A stretch of DNA of 64,000 nucleotides from an uncultured Coriobacteriia bacterium. Its GTDB lineage: Bacteria > Actinomycetota > Coriobacteriia > Anaerosomatales > PALSA-660. The notes under the pieces are model-generated. The model searched no databases, had not been told where the DNA came from, and saw only the letters and a list, made by a program, of their open reading frames with translations. Below are positions 1 through 7,599 of the stretch, piece after piece (the first letter of the stretch is position 1; each line of letters begins with the position of its first letter). Location: the NCBI GenBank assembly GCA_963726435.1, contig CAVSCJ010000006.1:124664-188663 (forward strand), in the 5' to 3' direction. The translations under genes were made by a program, and so were the position numbers.

Positions 1-1
1 T

Positions 2-538
2 GAGGTGGGAGCCGACACGAAGAGCTTCGCCGAGGCCGTGCGCTACGTCCTGCGCCAGGATCCCGACATCGTCGTGGTCGGTGAGATGCGCGATCTGGCC
101 ACCATCTCGGCCGCGCTCACCGCTGCAGAGACCGGCCATCTGGTGTTCGCGACGCTCCACACGCAGGATTCGGCGCAGACGATCGACCGGATCATCGACG
201 TGTTCCCGCACGATCAGCAGCAGCAGGTACGCGTCCAGCTAGCGGGCACGCTCCAAGGCATCGTCTCGCAGGAGTTGCTGCCCAACGCCGATGGGACAGG
301 GCGGGTCCTCGTCTGCGAGGTGCTCATTCCCAGCGCCGGCGTGCGCAATCTGATCCGCGAAGCCAAGACGCAACAACTGCCGATGCTGATGCAGACGGGA
401 AAGCATCTCGGGATGATCACGATGGACGAATCCCTTGCCGATAAGCATCGTCAGGGCCTTATAAGCTACGATATGGCGATGGCGCAGGCGCACGACCCTG
501 GCGTACTGCGCATGCTGTTCGAATCCGCTAGGCGCTGA
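2..538 (+). CDS. pilT: Type IV pilus retraction ATPase PilT, C-terminal portion (5' end lies outside the window)
   Basis: The frame is open from the window edge to TGA 536-538. The translation carries PilT/PilU-type secretion ATPase motifs (DPDIVVVGEMRD, ETGHLVFATLHT, GVRNLIREAKT). It sits directly upstream of pilC. Confidence 0.9.
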   Translation, partial: EVGADTKSFAEAVRYVLRQDPDIVVVGEMRDLATISAALTAAETGHLVFATLHTQDSAQTIDRIIDVFPHDQQQQVRVQLAGTLQGIVSQELLPNADGTGRVLVCEVLIPSAGVRNLIREAKTQQLPMLMQTGKHLGMITMDESLADKHRQGLISYDMAMAQAHDPGVLRMLFESARR

Positions 539-564
539 CCGGGCGAACCGACAGGGGGGCTCGC

Positions 565-1779
565 ATGCCGACTTTCAAGTACGCGGTCCGCGACAAGGCC
601 GGCAAGCCCGTCGAAGGAACGCTGGACGGCGACAACAAGGATGCCGTCTCCGCCAAGTTGCGTTCGATGGGGTACATCATCGTCAGCCTGGAGCAGCGAG
701 GCGGCATTCGCTCCTCGCTGAGTTCCATCTCATTCGGCACTGGGGTCAAGACCAAGGACGTCACGCTCTTCTCGCGCCAGTTCGCGACGATGATCGGTGC
801 GGGCCTGTCGCTCACGAAGTGCCTGTCGATCCTCGCCCAGCAGACCGAGAGCGCTGGGCTGCGCACGATCATCATGCAGATCGGTCACGACGTCGAGTCG
901 GGCCAGTCGCTGTCCGACGCGATGGCGAGGCACCCGAAGGTCTTCCCGCCGATCTTCGTCAACATGGTCCGCAGCGGCGAGACCGGCGGCGTGCTCGACG
1001 AGGTGCTCAACCGGGTGGCGGACCACTTCGAGCGTGAAGCCATGATCAAGGGCCGGATCAAATCGGCCATGACCTACCCGATCGCGATGGGGTCCCTCGT
1101 GCTCCTGATACTCATCGCGATGCTCATATTCGTCGTGCCGACGTTCCAGTCGATGTTCGCATCGCTCGGCGGCACGTTGCCCCTGCCGACGCAGATCCTT
1201 GTCAACATCTCGGACGGCGCCCGCGGGCTCCCTGGCCTCCTCACCGTCATCGGAGTCATCGCCATTGTGGTCCTGTTCCGCTGGTGGAAGAGCACCGAGT
1301 CCGGTCGCTACACGTGGGACGGCATCAAGTTGCGCATGCCGGTGTTCGGCCCGCTCATCCGCAAGATGGCGCTGTCGCGCTTCACACGCACCTTCGGGAC
1401 GCTGACAGCCGCGGGCGTGCCCATCCTCTCCGCCCTCGACATCGTTGGTTCGACGTCGGGGAACGAGGTCATCCACCGTGCGGTGAGCAAGGTGCGCTCC
1501 GCCATCAAGGAGGGGGAGACGATCGCGAAGCCCCTCGGAGACAACCCGATCTTCCCCGCGATGGTCGTTCAGATGATCGCCGTGGGCGAGGAGACCGGGG
1601 CGCTGGACGCGATGCTGGGGAAGGTCGCGGAGTTCTACGATGAGGAGGTGACCACCGGAGTAGACGGACTGACCTCGCTCATCGAGCCCCTGATGATGGC
1701 CTCTCTGGGTCTCGTCGTCGGCGGCATCGTCATAGCGCTGTATCTGCCGATGTTCCAGGTCATCACCCTCATCAAGTAG
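565..1779 (+). CDS. pilC: Type IV pilus platform protein PilC (GspF family)
   Basis: ATG 565, 404 aa. It has duplicated GspF-type domains (FSRQFATMIGAGLSL and FTRTFGTLTAAGVPIL), hydrophobic helices and a C-terminal LYLPMFQVI. It lies between pilT and a pilin gene. Confidence 0.92.
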   Translation: MPTFKYAVRDKAGKPVEGTLDGDNKDAVSAKLRSMGYIIVSLEQRGGIRSSLSSISFGTGVKTKDVTLFSRQFATMIGAGLSLTKCLSILAQQTESAGLRTIIMQIGHDVESGQSLSDAMARHPKVFPPIFVNMVRSGETGGVLDEVLNRVADHFEREAMIKGRIKSAMTYPIAMGSLVLLILIAMLIFVVPTFQSMFASLGGTLPLPTQILVNISDGARGLPGLLTVIGVIAIVVLFRWWKSTESGRYTWDGIKLRMPVFGPLIRKMALSRFTRTFGTLTAAGVPILSALDIVGSTSGNEVIHRAVSKVRSAIKEGETIAKPLGDNPIFPAMVVQMIAVGEETGALDAMLGKVAEFYDEEVTTGVDGLTSLIEPLMMASLGLVVGGIVIALYLPMFQVITLIK

Positions 1780-1934
1780 GTCCGTCGGCGGGGCTCGCCT
1801 TTGCGCGCTCTCATCGTCGACCGGGTATATTGCTAATGTACGGGGTCCCAGCGGCCGATACACCCGATGCTGGGCATAGGGTCCGGCGGAGGCATCGGCC
1901 TCGTGAGTAGGGAAGAAGGGGAGGTGGACATCTG

Positions 1935-2361
1935 ATGAAGATGTTCCGTAGGGACGAGGGGTTCACCCTCGTAGAGCTCATGGTCGTGGTTCTCATTATC
2001 GGTATCCTTGTTGCGATCGCTGTTCCTGTGTTCCTGAGTGCCCGGGCCAACGCAGAGGTCAAGTCGTGCCAGGCGAACCAGCGCACCATCAACGGTGCGG
2101 TCCAGACGCAGATGCGCGAACGGCGGCACCGCTGCCGGCCGCGGCCGGCAACGTCGACGCTGCGCTGGCCGCTGGCGGCTGGGGCGCGTTCCTCGTTCCG
2201 TCCGTCATCAAGACCGTCCCGCATTGCCCGCTCGGCGTGGCCACCACCAACGAGCTAGTCACGGCAGCGCCAACGCGGCACGGTCGACGGCGACCAGGGC
2301 GCGGCCACTTGGGCCACGTCAGGCACTAGGCATCATCACTCCTTCGTAGTCCGAAGGATCT
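1935..2361 (+). pseudogene. Type IV pilin paralogue 1, frame-disrupted
   Basis: ATG 1935 gives the class III signal plus pilin N-terminus MKMFRRDEG|FTLVELMVVVLIIGILVAIAVPVF. After about nt 2118 the homologous pilin sequence continues in another frame (ORF 2066..2329: ...VIKTVPHCPLGV...). It then appears to return to the first frame (GTVDGD at 2277-2294, open to TGA 2359-2361). The first ~45 codons and the leader are near-identical in nucleotide sequence to pilin 2. Confidence 0.6.
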
Positions 2362-2374
2362 GAGCGTCGCAGGA

Positions 2375-2401
2375 GGGGCCGGAGCCGTTGGCTCCGGCCC
2401 C
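2375..2401 (+). terminator. Intrinsic-terminator-like hairpin downstream of pilin 1
   Basis: Perfect 12-bp stem GGGGCCGGAGCC / GGCTCCGGCCCC with a 3-nt loop, followed by CTTCCTGTTGTC. Confidence 0.6.
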
Positions 2402-2753
2402 CTTCCTGTTGTCGCTTCGCGTGCCCGCGCCGTGTGAGCGACCGGGAGTTCGTCGTCGCGGCTCGCGGACGCCGTACATCCGGCGAGCCTGGTTCCGAGC
2501 GATCGCGAGGTGGACCCAGGCGAGCCGCGAGGACCGACGCCGGGAATGCGCCGAGCCGAGGCAGGACGTGCCTTCGGCGTGTCTCGGCCGACGGTGCGGG
2601 TTGGAGTATGGCCGTCGAAGCCGTCCCGGGAGACAATAGCGGCGTCTGGCCGTTCAAGCGAGCTGCAGAGTGTGCCAGGACGGCGGGAGGCAGGTCGACT
2701 GTCGCCGCCCGACGCTCAGACGGTGATCGCCGACTGTTCAGGAGTGCCCATTC

Positions 2754-3600
2754 GTGGGTCCGCACCCGGTTCTGTATCTGAGCTCTTCTGGGGGCTCTCG
2801 GCCTCCTGTTCGGCTCGTTCGGCAACGTGCTCGTCTGGCGCGTGCCACGCGGCGAGTCGATCGTCTCGCCGCCTTCGCACTGCCCGCGATGCGGGCACGA
2901 GCTGCGCTGGTATGACAACATCCCGGTCGTCTCGTGGCTCGTTCTTCGCGGTCGCTGCCGCGATTGCGGCGCGCCGATCTCGCCGCGCTACCCTGTCATC
3001 GAGTTGTCCTCGGGCGCGCTGTGGGTGCTCGCCGGGTGGTGGTGGGGAGTCAGCGCCGCAGCCCCTCTCGCGATCGTCTTCTTCTACCTGCTGCTGGTGC
3101 TGAGCGCCATCGACCTCGACACACGGCGCCTGCCGACGCCTCTTGTGGCGGCGCTCGCCGCGGCAGGCGCGCTGGCCGCGGTGACGGCACAGTTGACGGG
3201 GCTGCCGTTCGGACCGCTGGCCGGCTTGGCGACGACGGGCTGGCTGGCGCAGCCGGTCGCGGCCTCGGGTGCGGGCTTGGCTGCCGGCGCGGGCACCGCC
3301 GTGGTCGTCGCGCTGCTCTATCGCATGGTGCGCGGGCGCGAGGGGCTGGGCTTCGGCGACGTGCGCCTGTTGGGTGCCATGGGGCTCGTGCTCGGGCCCT
3401 TCGTGCTGCTCGCGTACGCGCTGGGCAACTTCATCGGAGTGCTGTTCGCCGTGCCCCAAGCGCTTCTTCTTCGTAACAAGGGGCCGCTCGCCGCGCGCTC
3501 GATCCCCTTCGGCCCCTTCCTCGCGGCGGGCGGGGTGCTCACGGCACTGTGGGGCCCAGCGATCTGGGTGTGGTACCTCAACGTGCTCGGCTTGAGGTGA
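2754..3600 (+). CDS. pilD: Prepilin peptidase / N-methyltransferase PilD (A24 family), N-terminus apparently frame-shifted
   Basis: ORF 2827..3600 has the Cys box [41 protein letters not shown] and the aspartyl-protease motifs GFGDVRLLG and IPFGPFL. The conserved first helix ([22 protein letters not shown]) extends upstream of GTG 2827 to an in-frame TGA at 2779-2781 with no canonical start. GTG 2754 has AGGAG (2740-2744) 9 nt upstream but lies in the adjacent frame, so the start given here assumes one indel near 2780. Confidence 0.85.
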
Positions 3601-3637
3601 CACCCTCCGACCTCAAGGGCGCCATGCATTGCGCCGA
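3577..3637 (+). repeat. Direct repeat copy 1 with conserved hairpin (flanks pilin 2)
   Basis: About 60 nt repeated at 4149..4206. It contains the hairpin CTTGAGGT-GACACCCTCCG-ACCTCAAG (3591-3617) and overlaps the last codons and stop of pilD. Confidence 0.85.
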
Positions 3638-3710
3638 TACGGCTGGTGTCGCTCACGGGGCCCGGAGCGCCGCCGTCGTACGGCGAGAAGAAGGGGACAT
3701 CGGACATCCG

Positions 3711-4122
3711 ATGAAGATGCCTCATGGGGACGAGGGCTTCACCCTCGAAGAGCTCATGGTCGTCGTTCTGATCATCGGTATCCTTGTTGCGATCGCCGTC
3801 CCCGTCTTCCTGGGTGCCCGGGCGAATGCCGAGTTGAACACGTGCCAGGCGAACCAGCGCACGATCGAAGGCGCGGTCCAGACCTACAACGCGCAAAGCA
3901 CGGTCACCTATCCGGCTGCCGGGACACTCGTCAACGCGGCCAACGTCCTGGTAGCCGGCGGCAACGGCGCCGGCGCGACGATCAAGACCCCGCCGCTGTG
4001 CCCCGATCACACCCTTGCCACCCAGTTCTACGACACCACCAACGGGCGTCGTGGACGGCTGCGTCTCGACGGTCGCAGGCACCGGGCTGTGGGGCGGGAA
4101 CCCGGCTCACACACCCTACTAG
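3711..4122 (+). CDS. pilA: Type IV pilin paralogue 2 (major-pilin-like), apparent +1 frameshift near 4043
   Basis: ATG 3711 with GAAGAAGGGGA upstream. The product starts MKMPHGDEG|FTLEELMVVVLIIGILVAIAVPVF and runs to ...TIKTPPLCPDHTLATQFYDTT. The track frame then turns Arg-rich and runs to TGA 4169. The +1 frame instead gives TGVVDGCVSTVAGTGLWGGNPAHTPY and TAG 4120-4122, which supplies a second Cys for a D-region disulfide. Confidence 0.8.
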
Positions 4123-4148
4123 GATCGATGGTCCGCTGCGGTCTGTCA

Positions 4149-4206
4149 CTCGACGTCAGCTTGAGGTGACACCCTCCAACCTCAAGAGCGCCACGCGTTC
4201 TGCCGA
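4149..4206 (+). repeat. Direct repeat copy 2 with conserved hairpin (flanks pilin 2)
   Basis: Hairpin CTTGAGGT-GACACCCTCCA-ACCTCAAG (4160-4186). 15 of the following 20 nt are identical to copy 1. Confidence 0.85.
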
Positions 4207-4211
4207 AGACC

Positions 4212-4238
4212 TTGACTGAGTGCGTATTGTGCTACGAT
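4212..4238 (+). promoter_or_regulatory. Putative sigma-70-type promoter for pilMNO
   Basis: TTGACT (4212-4217), a 15-nt spacer, then TACGAT(AA) (4233-4238), about 60 nt upstream of pilM. The spacer is slightly short. Confidence 0.35.
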
Positions 4239-4300
4239 AACCGCGGTGCCACGCACTAGTACCACTTGTAGCCGGCTACCAGCGCGAATCGGGGGCTTTG

Positions 4301-5434
4301 ATGTCTCTCTTTGCAGGGGCTACCGGACCGTCCGTGGGCCTCGATATCGGCACGGACCATGTGCGTCTCGCTCAGATCAAGCCAACTGGATCGACCTTCG
4401 CGCTCCAGCGTTACGGCGTCGTCGGTCTCCCAATGGGCGCGGTCGTCGAGGGCGAGATAGTCGATGCCGACGCCGTTGCCTCTTCCGTCCGCCAGCTGAT
4501 GCACAGCATCGGCCTTCATGGCGCCGATGCCGCTGTCGGAGTGAGCAACCAGAAGGTCGTCGTGCGCCTCATCGACCTCCCCTACATGGAGGACGCAGAG
4601 CTGCAGGGCGCGATCCGCTATCAGGCTCAGGACTACATCCCCATCCCCGTGGAGGAAGCGATCCTCGACTTCCAGATCATCGGGGACTACATGACCAGCG
4701 CTGACGAGCACATGAACGAGGTTCTGCTCGTCGCGGCGCAGCGCGATATGATCGATGAGACGGTGCGAGCAGTCGAGCGCTCCGGCCTCAAGCTCAGCGT
4801 GATCGACGTGACGCCATTCGCCGTCGTTCGCGGGATCTTCGGGCTGTCGCAGAGCGTCCTTCCAGACGACACCGAGGCCGCCGGAGAGGCCACCGCCGTC
4901 ATCCACATGTCCGCCGGCATCACGAACATCGTGGTGGTCGAGAACGGCGTCCCGCGCTTCACGCGCGTTTCGTCTCTGGCAGGCAACGAACTGACCCGGG
5001 CCGTTGCCACCGCGCTCGACGTGACCCTCGATGAGGCCGGCGATCTGAAGATGCGTGTCGGCTTGCCGGGCGTCGACGAGACCGGCATCGGCGCGGACAT
5101 CCCGTCGGACATCGATCCGGAGCGCGTGCGCCGAGTACAGGAGGCCCTCGAGCACGAGGTCTCCAAGTTCATGGCCGAGGTGCGCCGCTCGCTCGACTAC
5201 TACCTCACGCAGGCCTCGCAGGTCCGCACCATCCGCCGGATCCTGCTCACCGGCAGCGGGGCGAAGCTCCGCAACCTCGACTCCTACATCGCGCGCGGCC
5301 TGCAGGCCCCGGTCGAGCTCGCTGACGCCTCACGGTGGGTCTCCGTGTCTCCGCAGTATCAGGCCCTGTATGAGGCCGACCGCCTCGGGGCGACCGCGGC
5401 TATCGGACTGGCGATGGGGGGTGTGGTCGCGTGA
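4301..5434 (+). CDS. pilM: Type IV pilus assembly protein PilM (actin-like ATPase fold)
   Basis: About 377 aa (TTG 4298 or ATG 4301). It has FtsA/PilM-like motifs VGLDIGTDHVRLAQ, GITNIVVVENG and LLTGSGAKLRNL. Its stop overlaps the pilN start (GTGA). Confidence 0.88.
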   Translation: MSLFAGATGPSVGLDIGTDHVRLAQIKPTGSTFALQRYGVVGLPMGAVVEGEIVDADAVASSVRQLMHSIGLHGADAAVGVSNQKVVVRLIDLPYMEDAELQGAIRYQAQDYIPIPVEEAILDFQIIGDYMTSADEHMNEVLLVAAQRDMIDETVRAVERSGLKLSVIDVTPFAVVRGIFGLSQSVLPDDTEAAGEATAVIHMSAGITNIVVVENGVPRFTRVSSLAGNELTRAVATALDVTLDEAGDLKMRVGLPGVDETGIGADIPSDIDPERVRRVQEALEHEVSKFMAEVRRSLDYYLTQASQVRTIRRILLTGSGAKLRNLDSYIARGLQAPVELADASRWVSVSPQYQALYEADRLGATAAIGLAMGGVVA

Positions 5435-6051
5435 CCCGGATCAACCTCATCCCGCCCGAGACCCTCCAGAGCCGGAAGGACGAGCAACGCTGGAAGTGGA
5501 TCGCGCTGACGGGCGCGGCGATCGCCGCGCTCCTCGTCATGTTCTGGGCGTTCATGGCTCTGCAGGTCACCGCCTCGGCAGCCGAGGTCGACGGCATCGT
5601 CCAAGAGGTCACCGGACTGGAGACGCAGGCCTCGCAGTTCCAGGTCTTCCAGCGGGCGGAGGCCGATCTCAAGGTCCGCAAGGATGCGACTATCGCTGCC
5701 AAGGCGGGCTCGGTCGAGTGGGCTCGAATGCTCTACGAACTCGGTCTCGTTCTGCCGCGGGACATCTACCTGACGGCCTTCACGGGCACTGATGCCGGCC
5801 TGGGGACGGTGTCCAACCTGACTCTCACGGGCAAGGCGGTCGACAAACTCGACGACTCACCGGACAACGGATACAAGTCGGTAGCCAAGATGCTCGTACG
5901 CCTCGCCGATCTCGACCAGCTCGACTCGGTGTGGCTGTCCACCACTAGCGTCGAGGAGCCCGAGGCCGACACCGCGCCGATGATCGGTTGGACCGCGAGC
6001 GCACGTATCACCCCGTCGGTGACGGCCACGCCGTCCGCGTCGGGGAACTAG
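5431..6051 (+). CDS. pilN: Type IV pilus assembly protein PilN
   Basis: The N-terminus MTRINLIPPE carries the PilM-binding INLxP motif. It has a single TM helix and a coiled-coil periplasmic part, and sits between pilM and pilO. Confidence 0.85.
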   Translation: MTRINLIPPETLQSRKDEQRWKWIALTGAAIAALLVMFWAFMALQVTASAAEVDGIVQEVTGLETQASQFQVFQRAEADLKVRKDATIAAKAGSVEWARMLYELGLVLPRDIYLTAFTGTDAGLGTVSNLTLTGKAVDKLDDSPDNGYKSVAKMLVRLADLDQLDSVWLSTTSVEEPEADTAPMIGWTASARITPSVTATPSASGN

Positions 6052-6078
6052 TCGGGGCGACGGGGAGCGGACCACCTG

Positions 6079-6690
6079 ATGAAGCTGACCTCCTTGCAGA
6101 AGATGATCACCGTATCGGTGCTCGTCGTCGTCGCCGCAGTGGCGGTGATAGCCTTCGTGATCCTGCCTCAGTTCGCCCAGATCGCCGATCTGCAGCAGCA
6201 GAAGGCGGACGCTGAAGGCCGCCGCGCGCAGGCCGTTGCCGTTCTCGAGAGCCTCCGTGCCGCCAAGGGCCGCGCGGCCGTCACCGAGGCCGAGCTGCTC
6301 AAGATAGGCACGCAGATGCCGGACTCCCCGCAGCTGCCGTCGCTCATCATCGAGCTGCAGGACATGGCGAACGCCGCCGGCATCAAGGTGTCGAGCATCG
6401 GTCCCGGCGAGCCGGTCCCTATCGTCGGCGGCCAGTACACGGAGATAGCGCTTACCACCCAGCTCACCGCCGAGTGGGACGACCTGCTGGACTACCTCAA
6501 GCGTCTCGACCACAGCACCCGCCTCCTGCGGGTGACGGCCCTCGACGTGGCCCCGCCGGATGAGTCGGATGTGACCACCGACACCGCCGAAATCACCGCG
6601 CTGAATGTCACGATGACCACCAAGGCCTATGTGATCGGCAACAACGGTGTGGTCAGCTCAGCCGCCACACAGACCGCCGGGACGCCGTAA
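6079..6690 (+). CDS. pilO: Type IV pilus assembly protein PilO
   Basis: 203 aa with an N-terminal TM helix, a coiled-coil segment (ADLQQQKADAEGRRAQ) and then an alpha/beta domain. The position after pilN supports the call. Confidence 0.72.
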   Translation: MKLTSLQKMITVSVLVVVAAVAVIAFVILPQFAQIADLQQQKADAEGRRAQAVAVLESLRAAKGRAAVTEAELLKIGTQMPDSPQLPSLIIELQDMANAAGIKVSSIGPGEPVPIVGGQYTEIALTTQLTAEWDDLLDYLKRLDHSTRLLRVTALDVAPPDESDVTTDTAEITALNVTMTTKAYVIGNNGVVSSAATQTAGTP

Positions 6691-6738
6691 GGCTCTCGCG
6701 ACCCAGAAGCCACACGAAACCGCAGGAGGGCCGCACGA

Positions 6739-7599
6739 GTGTCCGATGACAGTGAGCTGAACGGCACGGAGCTGGCCGCCTCAGAGGAGGGCGTGGCCCC
6801 GGTCGTCGCTGCGCCTCCTCCCGCACCCGATAGGCCTGCGGGCGACGTGCTCTCGACGACGGCGGGGAAGGTCGCTCTGATCGTTGCGGCCGTGCTCGTG
6901 CTGCTCGTGGTCGCCGGACTTGTGGGTTGGTTCGTGCTGGGGCCGGCCGCGTTGGGCGGCGCGACCGGCGCGCCTGAGGCAACCATCCTGGCGCCCAGTA
7001 CCGGCACGCCGGCAACGCCCTCGGCGCCGCCTTCGACGGTCGCGACCCTTGCGGTCGCCGACGTCACCCTGCGCGACGTCTTCACACCGCGCAACCCGTT
7101 CACGGTGATCGAGCCCGAGAAGATCGAGCACAGCACGTCTACCGCGACCGAGGCCGATATCAGCGACCTCGATCCCGATGTCGTGACACTGATCGACATC
7201 GTCACCGTCGACGGCGAGCGCGAGGCGGTCATCGCGTACGGCGGAGTCGAGTACACGGTCGGACCGGGCGACTCGTTCGGCGGCCATGCGGACTGGAAGG
7301 TCGTGACGGTCCACACCACCAGCGCAGACGTGACCATGGACGGCGTCACGGAGAACCTGCCGCTGCATCGAGACCAAGTAGCAGAGGGTCGTAGCCTCGA
7401 AACCGCTGCAAGCGGCCCTTCGCAGGGCCGCTTGCTTCGTCTCAGGGCTCGAGAGGGGATTCCGCGCGCCCGATGGTACGATGAATCCTCAAGGCGTACG
7501 AGGATATGGGGCCTCACATGGAGTACCGGACCGCAGGGGAGTCGCACGGCAGGGCGCTCGTGGCCCTGGTGTCGGGAGTGCCCGCAGGCATCCCGCTGA
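6739..7599 (+). CDS. Membrane-anchored PilP-like pilus assembly protein (3' end uncertain, probably near 7380)
   Basis: GTG 6739 with GCAGGAGGG upstream. It has one TM helix, a Pro/Thr/Ala linker, an RNPF motif (PilP has RDPF) and a beta-rich module VTLIDIVTVDGEREAVIAYGGVEYTVGPGDSF. The ORF reads through a terminator hairpin into aroC, and its G/C bias at third codon positions is lost after about 7380. Confidence 0.5.
   Translation: MSDDSELNGTELAASEEGVAPVVAAPPPAPDRPAGDVLSTTAGKVALIVAAVLVLLVVAGLVGWFVLGPAALGGATGAPEATILAPSTGTPATPSAPPSTVATLAVADVTLRDVFTPRNPFTVIEPEKIEHSTSTATEADISDLDPDVVTLIDIVTVDGEREAVIAYGGVEYTVGPGDSFGGHADWKVVTVHTTSADVTMDGVTENLPLHRDQVAEGRSLETAASGPSQGRLLRLRAREGIPRARWYDESSRRTRIWGLTWSTGPQGSRTAGRSWPWCRECPQASR
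7408..7435 (+). terminator. Intrinsic-terminator-like hairpin at the end of the pilus operon
   Basis: 11-bp stem GCAAGCGGCCC / GGGCCGCTTGC with loop TTCGCA, followed by TTCGTCT. Confidence 0.6.

Noticed and set aside
517-526. GTTCGAATCC, a tRNA T-arm-like motif.
   Set aside because: It lies inside the pilT coding frame (..MLFESARR) with no acceptor or anticodon arms around it. No tRNA-like cloverleaf was found in any intergenic region.
3617-3633. Possible sigma-54 promoter (GGCGCC-N5-TTGC) upstream of pilin 2.
   Set aside because: The GG-to-GC spacing is one nucleotide too long for the -24/-12 consensus. The equivalent position upstream of pilin 1 lacks it, and the synteny suggests a lineage that generally lacks RpoN.
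3547-4095. Shared 9-mer CTGTGGGGC in the pilD 3' end (3547) and the pilin 2 3' end (4087), considered as an extension of the flanking repeat.
   Set aside because: The distances to the hairpin differ (43 versus 73 nt) and the intervening sequence does not align, so this is probably chance.
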